64,000 nucleotides of DNA from Gammaproteobacteria bacterium (GTDB taxonomy: Bacteria > Pseudomonadota > Gammaproteobacteria > Enterobacterales > GCA-2746155), in NCBI GenBank assembly GCA_002746155.1, contig NVWF01000014.1:1925-65924 (forward strand), given 5' to 3'. Of the stretch, positions 62,728 through 64,000 are shown one piece after another. A program made the position numbers and the translations under genes. Below the pieces are notes generated by a model. It was not told the origin of the DNA. It worked only from the letters and a program-made list of their open reading frames with translations, and ran no database searches. Every line of letters begins with the position of its first letter. The first letter of the stretch is position 1.

Positions 62728-63777
62728 ATGACAGACGAATTTCAAACTAGAAAATCAGAACGAGACAACCTTATTGGTGAATCAGCCTCGTTTCTAGAGA
62801 CACTTGAACATATCTCCCAAGTCGCTCCATTAGATAAGCCGGTCTTAGTAGTGGGTGAAAGAGGTACGGGTAAGGAGTTGGTTGCCGCTAGGCTGCATTA
62901 TCTTTCTCTGAGGTGGGATCAAGCCTTCATCACCATGAATTGTGCTTCAATTAATGAAAACTTACTTGAGACAGAACTATTCGGTCATGAAGCAGGCTCC
63001 TTCACAGGTGCAGGTAAAAAACATGTAGGGCGTTTTGAAAGAGCCGATAAAGGCACACTTTTTCTTGATGAACTAGCTAACTCTTCTGGATTAGTCCAAG
63101 AAAAACTACTCAGGGTTATCGAATATGGTGAATATGAAAGAGTCGGCGGAAACAAAACATTAAAAACCAATGTTCGACTAATATGTGCTACTAACGAAGA
63201 TCTTCCCTCCCTTGCTGAGCAAGGTCGATTTCGGCCAGACTTACTTGATCGTTTAGCTTTTGATGTTATTACAATTCCCCCCTTAAGAGCCCGCAAGGAA
63301 GATATTCATATGCTTGCTGAATATTTTGCCTTAAATATGACCCGTGAATTAAAACGAGAATACTTTGCAGGATTTTCACCCCAAGCAATGAAACTATTAA
63401 CGGATTATCACTGGCCTGGAAATGTTCGCGAGCTTAAAAATGTCATCGAAAGAAATGTTTATCGCTCCGGTTCTGAAGAACTTATCCAAGATATTAACTT
63501 CAATCCCTTTGCCTCACCGTGGCGTCTTAAAGCCAGTGTTGAGCTTAATAAAACATCCACTAGAACAGAAGACACTGATGAAGAATATGAGGAAACAACT
63601 CAGCCTAGTGTTAATTTTCCAATTGATCTAAAAGAGGCTAGCCAAGAATACGAAATAAAGTTAATTAAAGATGCCTTAAAGCTTAGCCAGTTTAATCAGA
63701 AAAAAACCGCAGACTTGCTTAAACTTACCTATCATCAGTTACGTGGTTATTTAAAAAAATATCAATTGCTTGACTAA
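62728..63777 (+). CDS. pspF: Sigma54-dependent transcriptional activator PspF
   Basis: AAA+ sigma54-interaction domain without an N-terminal regulatory domain (GERGTGKE, GSFTGA loop, RFRPDLLDRL, WPGNVRELKN), plus a C-terminal HTH. It is divergent from pspABC. Confidence 0.92.
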   Translation: MTDEFQTRKSERDNLIGESASFLETLEHISQVAPLDKPVLVVGERGTGKELVAARLHYLSLRWDQAFITMNCASINENLLETELFGHEAGSFTGAGKKHVGRFERADKGTLFLDELANSSGLVQEKLLRVIEYGEYERVGGNKTLKTNVRLICATNEDLPSLAEQGRFRPDLLDRLAFDVITIPPLRARKEDIHMLAEYFALNMTRELKREYFAGFSPQAMKLLTDYHWPGNVRELKNVIERNVYRSGSEELIQDINFNPFASPWRLKASVELNKTSTRTEDTDEEYEETTQPSVNFPIDLKEASQEYEIKLIKDALKLSQFNQKKTADLLKLTYHQLRGYLKKYQLLD

Positions 63778-63885
63778 CAAGTAACTGGATAAATTCAATG
63801 AATTAGCTTGTCTTTAATAGTTTCCGGCAGTATCTTACTTAAGTATCTAATAATCAATTTTATACGAGCAAGAAATCTCTGAAAA

Positions 63886-64000
63886 TGCGCATGATTTATA
63901 ATCCTAGAAGTCTATTATTGTTACTATTGCCATGGGTAATATTAGCTTGTTCTGATGACAGGACAAAATCAGTGATAGACACTGGATTAGTTTATTGCTC
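63886..64000 (+). CDS. Periplasmic ABC-transporter substrate-binding protein, SapA-like, 3' end off-window
   Basis: MRMIYNPRSLLLLLLPWVILACSDD... is a signal/lipobox-like sequence, and ...IDTGLVYC parallels E. coli SapA ..IRDSGFVYC. sapA lies next to pspF in enterobacteria. Confidence 0.5.

Noticed and set aside
62985-63296. 103-aa antisense ORF inside pspF, and similar antisense ORFs inside ligA, hrpA, fadD, nhaB and other genes in the ORF track
   Set aside because: All are nested opposite long, motif-verified genes. They lack start signals and recognisable domains.

Overview
This is a chromosomal window from a low-GC marine-type gammaproteobacterium. The taxon is not identifiable without a search. 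It has SMC rather than MukB, and it has sapA-pspF/pspABC and a Vibrio-like TonB2-type cluster. Most of the window is densely packed housekeeping genes: smc-zipA-ligA, hrpA, aspC/tyrB-like, tyrS, fadD-rnd-ycgL-ycgN, gabD-like, sohB, nhaB, rnhA-dnaQ, mltD and one tRNA-Asp. There are also several signalling genes: two HAMP-GGDEF-EAL proteins, an HDOD protein, a dual-receiver protein and a hybrid two-component/AraC sensor. The clearly accessory part is about 23.6-31.85 kb. This islet lies upstream of tyrS and is littered with dead fragments of three IS families (ISAs1-, IS6- and IS91-like). It ends in a decayed copy of an internal tyrS segment. It carries an intact, compositionally foreign (higher-GC) lipoprotein with 12 tandem ~50-aa propeller-type repeats, next to a 1350-aa hybrid sensor kinase/response regulator/AraC protein. 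Other points worth a second look: a translationally coupled periplasmic VWA protein and Glu-Pro-repeat acidic membrane protein pair; an unannotated small membrane ORF between pspF and pspA, downstream of the only sigma54-like motif in that spacer; four 11-bp tandem repeats in the ridA/aminotransferase divergent promoter; a ~124-bp near-perfect palindromic element downstream of hrpA; and two genes whose predicted signal peptides are cut off from a usable start codon. I found no CRISPR array, prophage, integrase, toxin-antitoxin pair or recognisable anti-phage defence operon. All family assignments come from motif recognition by eye, not from searches.
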